50,232 nucleotides of DNA from Octopus bimaculoides (GCF_001194135.2 NC_068998.1:12543946-12594177), one strand, 5' to 3'; positions 22,087 through 35,370 are shown, counted from the first letter of the stretch. Translations and numbers: made by a program. The notes: generated by a model from the letters alone, not told the origin.

Positions 22087-22234
22087 ACTAGATGACTCTT
22101 ATTGTGATCAGTTAGGGGTTGTTCATAGCATTAGACGAAAGTTATAACAATATCATAAGCGTGTTTGAGAGAACACAAATTTTGCGAGCAATAGCTGCTT
22201 CATAGCATTATCTGTACTTACAATAAGCGGATTT

Positions 22235-22380
22235 ACATGCAACACGATTCTGTGCAATTTCGTTTCCCAAATTCCATTACGAGGTCAACACGTTGCTGTG
22301 ATAGGAAAATACTTGTTCGAAGCGCTGCACAGTGAGACCGAACCAGGAACCGTGTGGTTCTTAACAATACAACCATGTCT
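22235..22380 (-). mobile_element. SINE family E, degenerate head and centre
   Basis: Reverse complement AACCACACGGTTCCTGGTTCGGTCTCACTGTGCAGCGCTTCGAACAAGTATTTTC. Confidence 0.6.
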
Positions 22381-22600
22381 AAAATAAAAATTAGAATATA
22401 CCATAGTAGAATGGCAGTAAGAAAAATTTCTGCACGGCCAAAACCATGACAGATCTGAGTCACGTGGAAATAGATCAAATAACTCGACATGCAATCCGAA
22501 GTCCAAGGCACCAAATTGAAACCTCGAGCTTGTTTTGTCGGGAAGGCGATGTGGCAGTAAGACGTCCGTTAAAATCTACTGTAAACATATAATGAAACAA

Positions 22601-22819
22601 AATATTGGTTTCAAATTTTGGTGCAAGACCAGCAATTTCGGGGAAGGGTGTAAGTAGATTACATCGATGCCTGTGATCAACTGGTACTTATTCTATCAAC
22701 CCCGAAAGGATTAAAGGCAAAGCCAACCTCACCAGAATTTGAATTCAGGGTGTCAAGATGGAAGAAATGCTACTAAGCATTTCGCCCGGCGGGCAAACGA
22801 ATCTGCCTACTCGCCGTCT
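22601..22819 (-). mobile_element. SINE family B, full length
   Basis: Full-length reverse-complement match to the other B copies. Confidence 0.85.
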
Positions 22820-24156
22820 GTATTAAAAAAGTCTTAATTACAGAATACGTGGTAACAGTAAATAGATCAACGGTCACAGTATTTCTGGCAGCTCTGTTTT
22901 AACTAGAATATATACATAACAAAGTTGGAAGCTTGGTACAATGAATGCTCTGGATGCATTAAGAAAGGTGACAAAATACAAACCAGTTAGGATGAACTTC
23001 CCCTGTGAAAAACATTCAAATCGGGGTTAGGTTTTGGCGGTCGGGTGTTTTCCAAACATAAACGTGACGTGATTCTACCTGAGTATCGAACGGCTAAAAC
23101 ATTAATTTAAAACGACTACACAATAATGAAATAAATTAAAGCGAATTTCATCTGTTGTGCCATATAAGTTTGAACAATTGTAATGTGCAATATAACACAA
23201 ATAAAAGAACAATACTAAATAAAAGAACGACTCTGAACAAAACAATCATAAAAAGGAACACGTTGTTGCTACTGTGGTTATATAATTATAGAAACGAATA
23301 ATATTAGAGAAGCGAAGACAATATATATTAACTCAATGTTGATCGTGAAAACAAGATTTAAAGAGGAAGTGGGAAAAATAAAAGTGAGGAAGGGGAAATA
23401 CAGTAGATACAACATTTAGTATTCCATAACTTATGGTCGCCTGCTTATCTTTAATTAGATTTTTCGACTATTTTTGACCATTTTTCCCATAGCGTCTCAT
23501 GTTTTCGACACGTGGTAACTGACATCTTTTCAGAAATCGACTATTTTAACTTCTCAGCGTATATTGCCTGTGTGTGCATGTGTGAGTACGTGATTGTATG
23601 TGTATGTGCGCGTGTGTGTGAAAGTATGTGTTAGTGATTGTGTGAGTAGGAGAAAATGTTTTTTATCATGTTTTTTTTGTTTTGTTTTCTTTTTGTGTCT
23701 TTTTTCCTAAAACAAATGTCAGTGCACGTAAATATACACTTTTAGTTATATAGATGATGAAAAATACCCCCAAAGCAGCATTCTGCATAGGAAATATAAT
23801 TATAGTAACTTAATACATAAGATAGGGAGTTGAAAACTTCGATCTACTAAGATTATAATTACAATTCATGGATAAAAACTGCATTGGAGAGATAACTTCA
23901 ATAAGATGAGTTGGTGTATATTTTGGCCTACATAATACAGTTTGAAGAAAATCTTGTCTTTAAAGCCAACTAGTAAGAATAATGAAACTGTTTTCGTGTT
24001 ATTAGGTTTCCTCAGCAAGTGATCCTTACAGGTATACACACAAACACATACATGTATATATATATATATGCATACGCTTGTACGTTCAAGTATGCAAACA
24101 TGCAGACATGAATACATACATATATACATGCATACATGCATACATACATACATACA

Positions 24157-24187
<31 letters not shown>

Positions 24188-24668
24188 GTACGTAGGGGAA
24201 CAGTGATTTCAAATATTAATGATACAGCTAAGAAAAATATTTTTGGAGAGTGTTCTACATACTTAATGCATTAGGGTCTCACATGTATGAAACAGTGAAT
24301 GAGAAAAGATATCGATGATCCGAGATTATCGAAGCGATTAGCGGACAAAAATTAACTCAAGTGGTGGTTTAAAATTTGTAAAATAAAATAAAATAAAATA
24401 AAATAAAATAAAATAGTAGATCTAAAATATTTAATCAACTGATCTTATTGAGTTACATCCCTTGTTTGTTGTTTTCAGATTTTAAATATATTTAGAAGGA
24501 ATGTTTCTCCTAATGCTGTATTTGTATTTAGTTTCCAGAACACTCTCCAAATATAAATATTTTCTTTCATCCTTTGACTTTATATTCATAATCAGCATCA
24601 CTTCATTTCTTTTATGTCTATATGTATTGAATATTCTTAGTTTTGCTAAATGAACAGAATATGCTGCA

Positions 24669-24705
24669 CTGATGAGATCCAATAAGATCAAAATGTACCT
24701 GTTGC
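24669..24705 (+). ncRNA. Decayed hammerhead-like motif
   Basis: CTGATGA-GATC-caataa-GATC-AAAA-TGTA. Restoring two CpG transitions gives CGAAACGTA. Confidence 0.3.
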
Positions 24706-25814
24706 TTTCATGAGTTGCTTTTCAAGACGGGATTCATTTCAATGTACATTGTTTATATTGTGAAAGATATTTCCGTCATCTTATCTCGCTTGTCGTTTTA
24801 GATTTTAAATAGCGATAGAAATGTTTTGATCAACGTCAACTAAACTGAGTTTCATATGGGCCCCTTCTGCATTTCGTGTGTGAGACTCTACAGCAGTTGC
24901 ATTGTGTTGAATATGCTTTGTTGAAGACATCCAATACAACGAAACCTGTGTCTTGCAGTCATCGTTAACGTTAAAAGCAAGACCCTCACTAATCTGCATT
25001 GACTCTATTCATATATTACTGAAATAGTTCAGGACAGGGAGAAATAACGCCCTTACTGTTTCAATCTCAGGTTCCAGCATGTTGATGAGATTCTTATTTG
25101 CTCTTGAATGTATTCAAATCTAAATCTCTAAAGCATGACTTAATTAAGCAGAGTAATAAAAAGGGAGGTTTTCAGATTTTCGATTACACATATACATATA
25201 GCCGCATATACATCTTTAAAATATGATTTTTCCATAATTAACAAAAAAATCGCTAAATAGCATCATCTGATTAACTTGTTATTTTGATTTTAGAATTTAA
25301 ACCCATTGCCTCCCATAATTCTATTAACTGGAATTTTTTTCATGAAGCTTTGATTTCTAGCATAAAACAGCCTTAGAAACACGCTGGAATGATCAAAATA
25401 ACATTTCAAAATAACATTTTAAATAGAAATAAGCGAGATATTGGGTGAAAAATTAGCAAACTTCATTTGAATATCAGAGAAATATACATAGTAGATATAG
25501 CAAAAAGGTTAAATATGTGTAAATATTGACAGATAATTACGAAATTTGTAATTTTTAAGTAGTCTCATATGAGATCACTGTTAGATAATGGGTTAAAAAT
25601 CATCGGGTGTGTTGCTTGGATTCTCTGTTTATGTTTTTCAACACCTTGCGTTATATATGCACGACACAAACGCATTTGTGTTTCATATGCAGAACACCCA
25701 CCTGAGGTATTTTCCCCTTGCCATATTACTTAGAGTCTTAGAATGTTGGAATGGCATAATCGCCAGAGCTTCGGAAATAATACTTCATGGCAATTTGTCC
25801 CGGTTCTTTACATG

Positions 25815-25950
25815 CTGAAATCTCACCGAAGTCGACATTGAGTTTCATCCCTCCGGAGTCAAGAAAATAAAGTACAAGTGAAGTACAAGGGGTTTCGATG
25901 GTATCGCTTTAATCTCCATCTCAAAATTGCTGGCCTTGTGATTAAATCAG
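25815..25950 (+). mobile_element. SINE family B, 3' part
   Basis: CCGAAGTCGACATTGAGTTTCATCC...AAAATTGCTGGCCTTGTG. Confidence 0.65.
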
Positions 25951-26250
25951 AGACTATATTACTGGTATTCATGACCAACGTCAATACATTCTCTTTCCCT
26001 CGCCCTCCCTCTATATCTCTCTCTCTCTGTACATACAAACACTCCCCTCCATACACAAATACACACTCGTGTATGTACGCATGCATGTATGTATATATAT
26101 ATATATATGTAATTATGTGCACATGTAAATATGCTTCGAAGACAATCCGACAACATATACTTCCGAATTGGCGCATATACAGACACATACGTAGAAACAT
26201 GCATTTGTACATATGCACATGCAACGCATGTCCTTGCACACGATCAATGT

Positions 26251-26256
<6 letters not shown>

Positions 26257-26301
<45 letters not shown>

Positions 26302-26311
26302 NNNNNNNNNN

Positions 26312-26354
<43 letters not shown>

Positions 26355-26526
26355 GTAGTGTGTGTGTGCGTGATTGTGTGCGTGCGTGTGCGTGTGTTGT
26401 TGTGTAACTGGCAATTATCTAAAAGTCAATTGTTTGACCTTTCAGTCATCAGACAGCAGTATCTATCAGCAGGGAGGAGATCAGCTTCATCATTCACTTA
26501 AAACTGATTTACGATTATTATTATTA

Positions 26527-26587
<61 letters not shown>

Positions 26588-26589
26588 CA

Positions 26590-26622
<33 letters not shown>

Positions 26623-26659
26623 NNNNNNNNNNTTATTATTATTATTATTATTATTATCA

Positions 26660-26714
<55 letters not shown>

Positions 26715-26745
26715 CATCATCATCATCATCGTTGTTGTTGTTGTA
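26257..26745. repeat. (GT)n tract, then a long (TTA)/(TCA)/(GTT) compound tract
   Basis: Direct reading; each tract contains a 10-N gap. Confidence 0.9.
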
Positions 26746-27343
26746 TTTTGTTATTGTTGTTCTTATCATTCAATGACGTTCTCTCTACTATTACAGTTGA
26801 CGTTCCAGTGAATTATTGCTGTTGCAGGCTCTTTTACTCTCTACTCTACTAAATAATTGTAGATGGCCGATCTTGGACATTAGATAACCACACACAGACA
26901 CATGCATATGTGTGTGTGTGTGTGTATGTGTATGTGTTTTTGTACACGTGTGCTTGTGTTTGTATAATTATAATTATAATTATAATTATATATANNNNNN
27001 NNNNNNNNNNNNNNNNNNNNNNNNNNNNNNNNNNNNNNNNNNNNNNNNNNNNNNNNNNNNNNNNNNNNNNNNNNNNNNNNNNNNNNNNNNNNNNNNNNNN
27101 NNNNNNNNNNNNNNNNNNNNNNNNNNNNNNNNNNNNNNNNNNNNNNNNNNNNNNNNNNNNNNNNNNNNNNNNNNNNNNNNNNNNNNNNNNNNNNNNNNNN
27201 NNNNNNNNNNNNNNNNNNNNNNNNNNNNNNNNNNNNNNNNNNNNNNNNNNNNNNNNNNNNNNNNNNNNNNNNNNNNNNNNNNNNNNNNNNNNNNNNNNNN
27301 NNNNNNNNNNNNNNNNNNNNNNNNNNNNNNNNNNNNNNNNNNN

Positions 27344-27409
<66 letters not shown>

Positions 27410-27559
27410 CATTCAATAACTCATCTATGTATTTATGTATGTATGTATGTATGTACGTATATGCGTGCATATTTGTTATCGAAAGTATAACCACTTTTAA
27501 ATGTTATCTATTTTATTAATAACTTATCGTATTGGAGATATCTCGCCTTTATGGCTTGT

Positions 27560-27760
27560 TTCGAACATGTAACTGGTCTACTTCTATATTCATAGATTCG
27601 GTGAATGTCCGTCCACACATGTAGCAATTATACTTAGAAGACTGTTTAGATTCTCCTTCACAGACGAAGCACTGTACAAAGAAATCTATTGAATGTAATA
27701 AACTCTATCAATAACGGAGATAAAAAAAGAACCTTTTGAAGAAGCTAGTATGGACAACGC
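27560..27760 (+). mobile_element. Possible Penelope-like RT-thumb fragment
   Basis: FYIHRFGECPSTHVAIILRRLFRF...EALYKE and a nearby NNG resemble PLE IH..S.HP...R....E...NGY, but only weakly. Confidence 0.3.
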
Positions 27761-28866
27761 TATAGAACAGTATAGACCAAGCTATAAAGAAGTATGGAAA
27801 AAGTTATATAACGGCATACATCAAGCGATGTTACTAATACATAAAACACTACAAGTAGATGCATATACGCACACATATCTACGTGTATATGTGTGTGCGT
27901 AGGTGTGTGTGTGCAAATATATGTAGATATATATGCATATATGTAGAGAGAGTAAGAGACACGTTGCTACAGATATATATAAACATATATATAAACATAC
28001 ACAAACACACGCACACATATATATGTATATGTGCATGTATATGTATATGTATATGTGTGTATGTGTGTATATATATATACACACACACACACACATACAC
28101 ACACACACAAACACACACACACACACACACACANNNNNNNNNNNNNNNNNNNNNNNNNNNNNNNNNNNNNNNNNNNNNNNNNNNATATATATATATATAT
28201 ATATAGGGATAGATACGTACTCAAAATCACGAAAAGCTACCACTGAAAGGTCAAAAAGAAGTGGCGAACGCGTAAATGGCCCCTGTTATATTTTACCACC
28301 ATTCATAGAATCATGAAGCTATCACGGAAAACTCCTCTCGTCGGCCCTGCTAGCAGATTACATAGCAATCCAGTACGGAGGATTATAAACGCAGAGTTCT
28401 ATGCAGCTGAAATCCAGGAGACCCAATCGATGAAATTATTTCATGAGGACTATATAAACCACGAGAATTCAGCTGGTATGAGAGATAAATATATATTTAA
28501 TCACTTGTTATCCGCAAGATTACAGCTGTTTCGCAGCCTTCATTGTGCAATAAATCTATGATAATTTATTTTACGTCTCCACTAATATCCATACTACGCA
28601 TTGTACAATACAATAGTATATTTTCAATTAATGCCGATAAAGGAGACTTGCTCATTAGATCACCAGAGTAGAAGTGTTAATGTAACCATTATGTTCAAAT
28701 GATCTGATGCGCTTTCCCTATTAGCATTGTTTTGAAAATATACAATTGCATATTGGTGCAGACATATAAAATATTTCATTATACACTAAAGTTATTATTA
28801 CATAATGGAGGCTACGAAACGATCGTAATCCAGTAGTTAGATAAATATATTCATCTTTCATACCTA

Positions 28867-29130
28867 GCCGAAGTATTATGGTTAGAGTGTTGCACTCCCG
28901 ATCGCGAGATCATAGTTTTAATTCCTAGACCGAGCGGTGCGTTGTGTTCTTGAGCAAAATACTTCATCTCGCATTGCTCTGCGATCACTTCGACTCCCGA
29001 CGCGTGGTACACTGTGCACCTATTCAGGCAACGTCAATTTGATAGCGAGTGTCAGCTGATGTACAGCGCATACATTTGATGACTATAAGCAAATCCTTTG
29101 TGCAGGTCGTTTGGCTAAAATTCGAACGGT
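28867..29130 (+). mobile_element. tRNA-derived SINE family F
   Basis: A-box-like TGGTTAGAGTG, B-box-like GTTTTAATTCC, and central GTGTTCTTGAGCAAAATACTTCAT shared with the 29655 copy. Confidence 0.75.
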
Positions 29131-29282
29131 GGAGTCCATCATATATGTGTGTGTGGGGGGGGGGGAATTTAACTGGTGACCACCGCTGCTGCTGTCGCCA
29201 CCTGTAGTCGTTTTCAGCTTCAGAGGTAGACAGAAATAAGGTTTGGTAAGAAATTGAAGATGGTGGGGGGAAACTATATACA

Positions 29283-29327
<45 letters not shown>

Positions 29328-29328
<1 letters not shown>

Positions 29329-29530
29329 AGGGCATTACTATACAATAATGCCTCACGCTATGAGGGACTCTAAGGTCAGACTACCATAAAATCACATTTT
29401 TACCGAATGCGAGGAAATGCAACTCGCAAAGCCAGCCGCTTAAAACCAGACTGAATTATAGATCATGATTTCGTAGTTATTGTAGTATTATACAACCTCT
29501 ACTCGTCAGTATGATATGGTCAAGATAAAT
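29328..29530 (+). mobile_element. Unclassified dispersed repeat (AAGGGCATTA family), copy 1
   Basis: Matches 34447-34515 and 48776-49010, from AAGGGCATTA to TATGGTCAAGAT. Confidence 0.7.
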
Positions 29531-29654
29531 ATAGGTAAACAGAAAATCCACATGCCAAACGAACACCGTATATGTATATGTATATATATATGGGTGTACA
29601 CGCGCATATATATTCTATATACAAGCGAATGTCGAGGTATTATAGGTACTACGT

Positions 29655-29795
29655 GTTTTTGCCCGCTGAGTGGACTGGAGCAACGTGAAATAAAGTGTCT
29701 TGCTCAAGGACACGACGCGTCGGCGGGAATCGAACTTACGAGGAAATAAACAATCATAAGCCGTTTACTCTAACTTCTTAGCCACGCGCCTTCAC
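29655..29795 (-). mobile_element. tRNA-derived SINE (F-related), 5' part
   Basis: Reverse complement GTGAAGGCGCGTGGCTAAGAAGTTAGAG...AGTTCGATTCCC...GTGTCCTTGAGCAAGACACTTTATTTCACGTTGCTCCAG. Confidence 0.8.
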
Positions 29796-30580
29796 ACAGA
29801 GATAATAAATAAGAAATAAGATGAAAGAATGTAAACGAGAGTTATTTGACTCTCGGGATTGAAACTTGAGTCGAATAATCCAAATTACATGTATCAATTG
29901 TTATTTANNNNNNNNNNNNNNNNNNNNNNNNNNNNNNNNNNNNNNNNNNNNNNNNNNNNNNNNNNNNNNNNNNNNNNNNNNNNNNNNNNNNNNNNNNNNN
30001 NNNNNNNNNNNNNNNNNNNNNNNNNNNNNNNNNNNNNNNNNNNNNNNNNNNNNNNNNNNNNNNNNNNNNNNNNNNNNNNNNNNNNNNNNNNNNNNNNNNN
30101 NNNNNNNNNNNNNNNNNNNNNNNNNNNNNNNNNNNNNNNNNNNNNNNNNNNNNNNNNNNNNNNNNNNNNNNNNNNNNNNNNNNNNNNNNNNNNNNNNNNN
30201 NNNNNNNNNNNNNNNNNNNNNNNNNNNNNNNNNNNNNNNNNNNNNNNNNNNNNNNNNNNNNNNNNNNNNNNNTATATATATATATATATATGTGTATGTA
30301 TGTGTATATACATACATATATATATATATACAGGCACGCTCGCACACACTTACATATAAAAGAAAACATGTAAGGTATTGTTTCTAGGCATGACATGAGT
30401 GTATAAGTAAATGTAATACGTACGTACACACACACACACGCACGCACATACACACACATATAACACACACACACGCACACACACATATATATATACATCT
30501 CGTGTGTGTTTATGTGGAAAGGGATATGCACTTATGCCTGTAAGCCTCTATGCCTTCTATACTTTTGTACATAGTTTCCT

Positions 30581-30975
30581 ACACGTGTTTCGCACACGAG
30601 ATAACGACCATGTCAAAGAATCCTAATTAAAGAGAACATTACAATGTTTATGAGAATTGTTAATTCGGGTTGGAGACCTTTTATTAAATTCCCCACATAT
30701 TCTCTCGTCTTGCTTTTCTGATATTCTCTCTCAACCGTTGCTGTTGTTGTTGTTGTTGTTGTTGTTGTTTTTGTTTTTAATGCTTGGTTAATGTTATTTT
30801 CGATATCTTTTGATCTTTTTTTTTTAGTTTTCTCTTAATGTCCATCACAATGGGTTTTTCTTTTTTATCCAGTCATGAGCAACCTGTCGCGGAGAACCCC
30901 CCCCCCCAGAAAACAATGTAATAGCAACGAAATGTCAAATATCACGTGATGTAATGTTTTAATAAATTTCCAAAC
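30581..30975 (+). repeat. Diverged direct repeat, copy 1
   Basis: Colinear with 33204-33580. Confidence 0.8.
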
Positions 30976-31039
30976 AAATCTAATTTTTTTTCTCATTTTT
31001 GTCATAATAATGATGATGATAACATTATCATTATTGTTG

Positions 31040-31080
<41 letters not shown>

Positions 31081-31954
31081 NNNNNNNNNNNNNNNNNNNN
31101 NNNNNNNNNNNNNNNNNNNNNNNNNNNNNNNNNNNNNNNNNNNNNNNNNNNNNNNNNNNNNNNNNNNNNNNNNNNNNNNNNNNNNNNNNNNNNNNNNNNN
31201 NNNNNNNNNNNNNNNNNNNNNNNNNNNNNNNNNNNNNNNNNNNNNNNNNNNNNNNNNNNNNNNNNNNNNNNNNNNNNNNNNNNNNNNNNNNNNNNNNNNN
31301 NNNNNNNNNNNNNNNNNNNNNNNNNNNNNNNNNNNNNNNNNNNNNNNNNNNNNNNNNNNNNNNNNNNNNNNNNNNNNNNNNNNNNNNNNNNNNNNNNNNN
31401 NNNNNNNNNNNNNNNNNNNNNNNNNNNNNNNNNNNNNNNNNNNNNNNNNNNNNNNNNNNNNNNNNNNNNNNNNNNNNNNNNNNNNNNNNNNNNNNNNNNN
31501 NNNNNNNNNNNNNNNNNNNNNNNNNNNNNNNNNNNNNNNNNNNNNNNNNNNNNNNNNNNNNNNNNNNNNNNNNNNNNNNNNNNNNNNNNNNNNNNNNNNN
31601 NNNNNNNNNNNNNNNNNNNNNNNNNNNNNNNNNNNNNNNNNNNNNNNNNNNNNNNNNNNNNNNNNNNNNNNNNNNNNNNNNNNNNNNNNNNNNNNNNNNN
31701 NNNNNNNNNNNNNNNNNNNNNNNNNNNNNNNNNNNNNNNNNNNNNNNNNNNNNNNNNNNNNNNNNNNNNNNNNNNNNNNNNNNNNNNNNNNNNNNNNNNN
31801 NNNNNNNNNNNNNNNNNNNNNNNNNNNNNNNNNNNNNNNNNNNNNNNNNNNNNNNNNNNNNNNNNNNNNNNNNNNNNNNNNNNNNNNNNNNNNNNNNNNN
31901 NNNNNGCTACACCTCTATCGTTCCCTCTTTTTTTTTTTACCTTTATATTCTACA

Positions 31955-32010
31955 TTTTGTCCTTCACGTTCTGAGTTCAAATTTCGCTGGGGTCGACTTC
32001 GCCTTTCTGA
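31955..32010 (+). mobile_element. SINE family B fragment
   Basis: ACGTTCTGAGTTCAAATTTCGCTGGGGTCGACTTCGCCTTTC. Confidence 0.7.
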
Positions 32011-32014
32011 TCAC

Positions 32015-32380
32015 AAGCAGAAGTAGTGGGGGAGTATCATAGCCATGTGCTGAGAGGAATTCTTTGGGGTTTTGGATAATTCACTTCTGGAAACATGGTT
32101 GTTCCATTCAACATCCTTAAACAATCTTTATCCAGGGACCTTTTGAGCGGAATGGGCTACTCAACCTGAAGAAAATTCTAACTAGGCCCCACCTGCGAGG
32201 TCATGCGCTGTTTATCTTGATATGAGATCAGCATGTCACTCACATATGTTTGTGATGCATGTGCCTGGTGTACCCTTATCAGACGAGTAGTCATGATGAG
32301 TATACTGAGCTTCATATATTTTACCCCAGTGTCAATTTGATGGTATGTTCTGCTCCCTCACTCTATAACAATAATAACCT
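32015..32380 (+). mobile_element. Probable retroposon 3' region (unclassified)
   Basis: GC-richer non-coding segment ending in a short AAT-type tail. Classified from recollection of octopus repeats only. Confidence 0.35.
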
Positions 32381-33203
32381 AAATATCACCAATAGAATCT
32401 GTATTAATATTCCAACTCAAGACAAAAATGGATACACTGATATTGCATTCCGGTATCAATCACTGGATGGCTTGATATCATTGTTGAATTATACATTCAA
32501 TCCGTCACCTACTTAGTCAAACTATCTGAGCCTTGATTTTCTTTTGGGGAATTCAACTTATTCAGGAATTGGGGGAAGGTCTTTAATCTGAGGAGAGTCA
32601 TTGGTCACTTCCACATTTTACTACCATTAGTATTCGAGGCCTTGCAAAAAGGTCATGATGTTAAACATTTTCCTGTCACTTTGAACAAAACATAAAATAA
32701 TTAATAGCCACTCCCTTATTTCTGAAAAGAAACAGAAGTCAGTTGTTCAAGGTTCCTACACGGCGATAATGACATCATTAACTAAACATCAAACCCATGA
32801 TTGCGACCTACGATCAACTCTCGGAAATAATCACGGCAACAACAACAACCAATTCGTACAGATGTTAAAACTGTGAAGACCTTGAAACCGTGATGCAACT
32901 AGGAGTCTTAATGATGAGAAAAAAAAAACTGCATTGGAGAAGATATAAAATCATTAATAAAGAAATGTGATATATATATAGGTATGTGTATATATAATTA
33001 ACATAAAGATCTAGAGAGGGTAAGAGAAAGCGACTGGATAAACTAACAAACACGGAGACACATCGTACAAATACATGCAAAGATGCCTACAGATATAGAC
33101 TTACAAAAGCAAACACACACACACATACTAATACGCACATACATTCACATCCACGAAAACACATCTATCTTATCGTTTCTCTTATTGCGTGAATATATTT
33201 TTA

Positions 33204-33580
33204 ACACGTGTTACATACACGAGACATCAGCCATGTCAAAGAAGCATCTAATTAAAAGAGAACATTACTACGTTTATGAGAATTGTTCATTCGGGCTGGA
33301 GACATTTTAAAATTCCCACGTATTCTCTTGTCTTACTGTGATATCCTCCCTTTACAGAAATAGTTGTTGTTGTTGCTACTTTAATTATTGCTTTTCCTTT
33401 TTATGCGATTTTTTAATGTTATTTTTTGTTATTTGTCTTTTCTTTTAATGTTCATCGGAATGATTTTTAATCTTTTTTATCTGGTCGTGATCAACCTGTC
33501 GAGGAAAGAAAAAAAAATTGCAAAAACCAGTCAGATGTCGATATCACGTGATGTACTGTTTTAATGAGTTTTCGAACTGG
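33204..33580 (+). repeat. Diverged direct repeat, copy 2
   Basis: Colinear with 30581-30975. Confidence 0.8.
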
Positions 33581-34446
33581 CCTACTTTTGTTTTTTGCAT
33601 TTTTTTCTTGCTTTTGTTTGTTATTTTCAGTATGAAATAGTTTCTTACAGGTATACTTTCACGTGCAACCGGGGATGAAATAATTATGAAACAAAGTGTT
33701 GCTAAAATTCTCTCTAAAAAAAAATAAAATAATGAAAAATTTTTCGTTATCACGTGCATTTTATTCTTTCTTTTTTTTTGATTTTGGCGTATTTTCTTAC
33801 TTTTGTATTTTTTTTTTTAAATGAACTTTTCAGTTGTAACTTTATTTATTCTGTTGCTTTGTCCCAGAGCAACTCTGATCAAGAACACATTAATAAAGTG
33901 CCCTGAATACCCACACNNNNNNNNNNNNNNNNNNNNNNNNNNNNNNNNNNNNNNNNNNNNNNNNNNNNNNNNNNNNNNNNNNNNNNNNNNNNNNNNNNNN
34001 NNNNNNNNNNNNNNNNNNNNNNNNNNNNNNNNNNNNNNNNNNNNNNNNNNNNNNNNNNNNNNNNNNNNNNNNNNNNNNNNNNNNNNNNNNNNNNNNNNNN
34101 NNNNNNNNNNNNNNNNNNNNNNNNNNNNNNNNNNNNNNNNNNNNNNNNNNNNNNNNNNNNNNNNNNNNNNNNNNNNNNNNNNNNNNNNNNNNNNNNNNNN
34201 NNNNNNNNNNNNNNNNNNNNNNNNNNNNNNNNNNNNNNNNNNNNNNNNNNNNNNNNNNNNNNNNNNNNNNNNNNNNNNNNNNNNNNNNNNNNNNNNNNNN
34301 NNNNNNNNNNNNNNNNNNNNNNNNNNNATATATTTAATTCAATAATAGGATAAAGTCTTTTATAAGAATTTATCAAGTAGCTAGCATGAAAAAACCTCAT
34401 AAGGGAAAAATCTATCATTTGTTCCCTAAAATATATCTATTTATAT

Positions 34447-34515
34447 AAGGGCATTACTGTACATGAATGCCTCACGTTAAGAGGGACTCTAAGGTCAAAC
34501 TACCATAATAAACAC
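34447..34515 (+). mobile_element. AAGGGCATTA family, copy 2 (5' part)
   Basis: AAGGGCATTACTGTACATGAATGCCTCACGTTAAGAGGGACTCTAAGGTCAAACTACCATAA. Confidence 0.7.
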
Positions 34516-34972
34516 AATAAGAAAATGGAGAAAACTGATCAGCAAACAAACAAAATGGACCAATTCTCATCTTTATAGGACATTCGACATTGCTCCATCT
34601 ACTAGATCGAATGTCCTACGTAGATGACGAATATTATTTTCGTAATTCTTTCGAAAGCACCGACTGGCACTGGAAGCGGAAACAGCCGTAAGGATTGTTA
34701 TGTCATAGAAATGTTATGCCATATTTTGTATTAAGAAATAATTTACAGACGTGGTCCAATTTGTTTGTTTGTTGATCAAAATTTTTCTCCATTTTCTGAT
34801 TATTTAAATTTGATTCCTGATAAACTTTTGTTTATTCTGTTGTTACCTGTACCCTATGAGCATAGTGTTCCTGCATACCTATGTCCAGGGATAGCACAGG
34901 TAACTGATACCAATGGTAAATACGGATATTTTTTCCCCTTAGTTGGTTATTATAACCGCTAACTCTGCTTAA

Positions 34973-35005
<33 letters not shown>

Positions 35006-35010
<5 letters not shown>

Positions 35011-35370
35011 CTTTCATCTTTTACTTGTTGCAGTTATTGTACTGCGGCCATGTTGGAGTGCCACCTTGAGGGATCGTGAAAATCGACCCAGTACTTATGC
35101 TTTAAGTCTGGTATTATTTCATCTGCCCCTTTTTCCGATCCGCTAGGTTACGGAGACGTAATGAAACCAACAGTCAATGGTGGGGGAAGAGACACAGCGA
35201 CAAAGACATACACACATAGACATACGTACGTCAGGTTTCCACACAACTTCCATCTGCTATAATCACTCACAAGGCATTAGTAGAAGACACTTGCCCAAGA
35301 TACCGCACGGTGAGACTGAACTCGAAACCGCATGTTTGCAAAACGACCTTCTTAAACACGCGGTCGCACG
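35006..35370 (-). mobile_element. SINE family E, near full length with short internal microsatellite
   Basis: Tail at 35006, 3' domain, short CA-rich tract at ~35195-35230, central GACACTTGCCCAAG, and head near 35370. This copy links the head and tail domains into one element. Confidence 0.85.

Noticed and set aside
26430-26455. Minus-strand CTGATGACTGAAAGG
   Set aside because: No stem II and no stem I.
28313-28561. 82-aa ORF, plus minus-strand CGAAACAGCTGTA with a palindromic stem
   Set aside because: The ORF has no recognisable domain, and the CTGANGA core has three mismatches.
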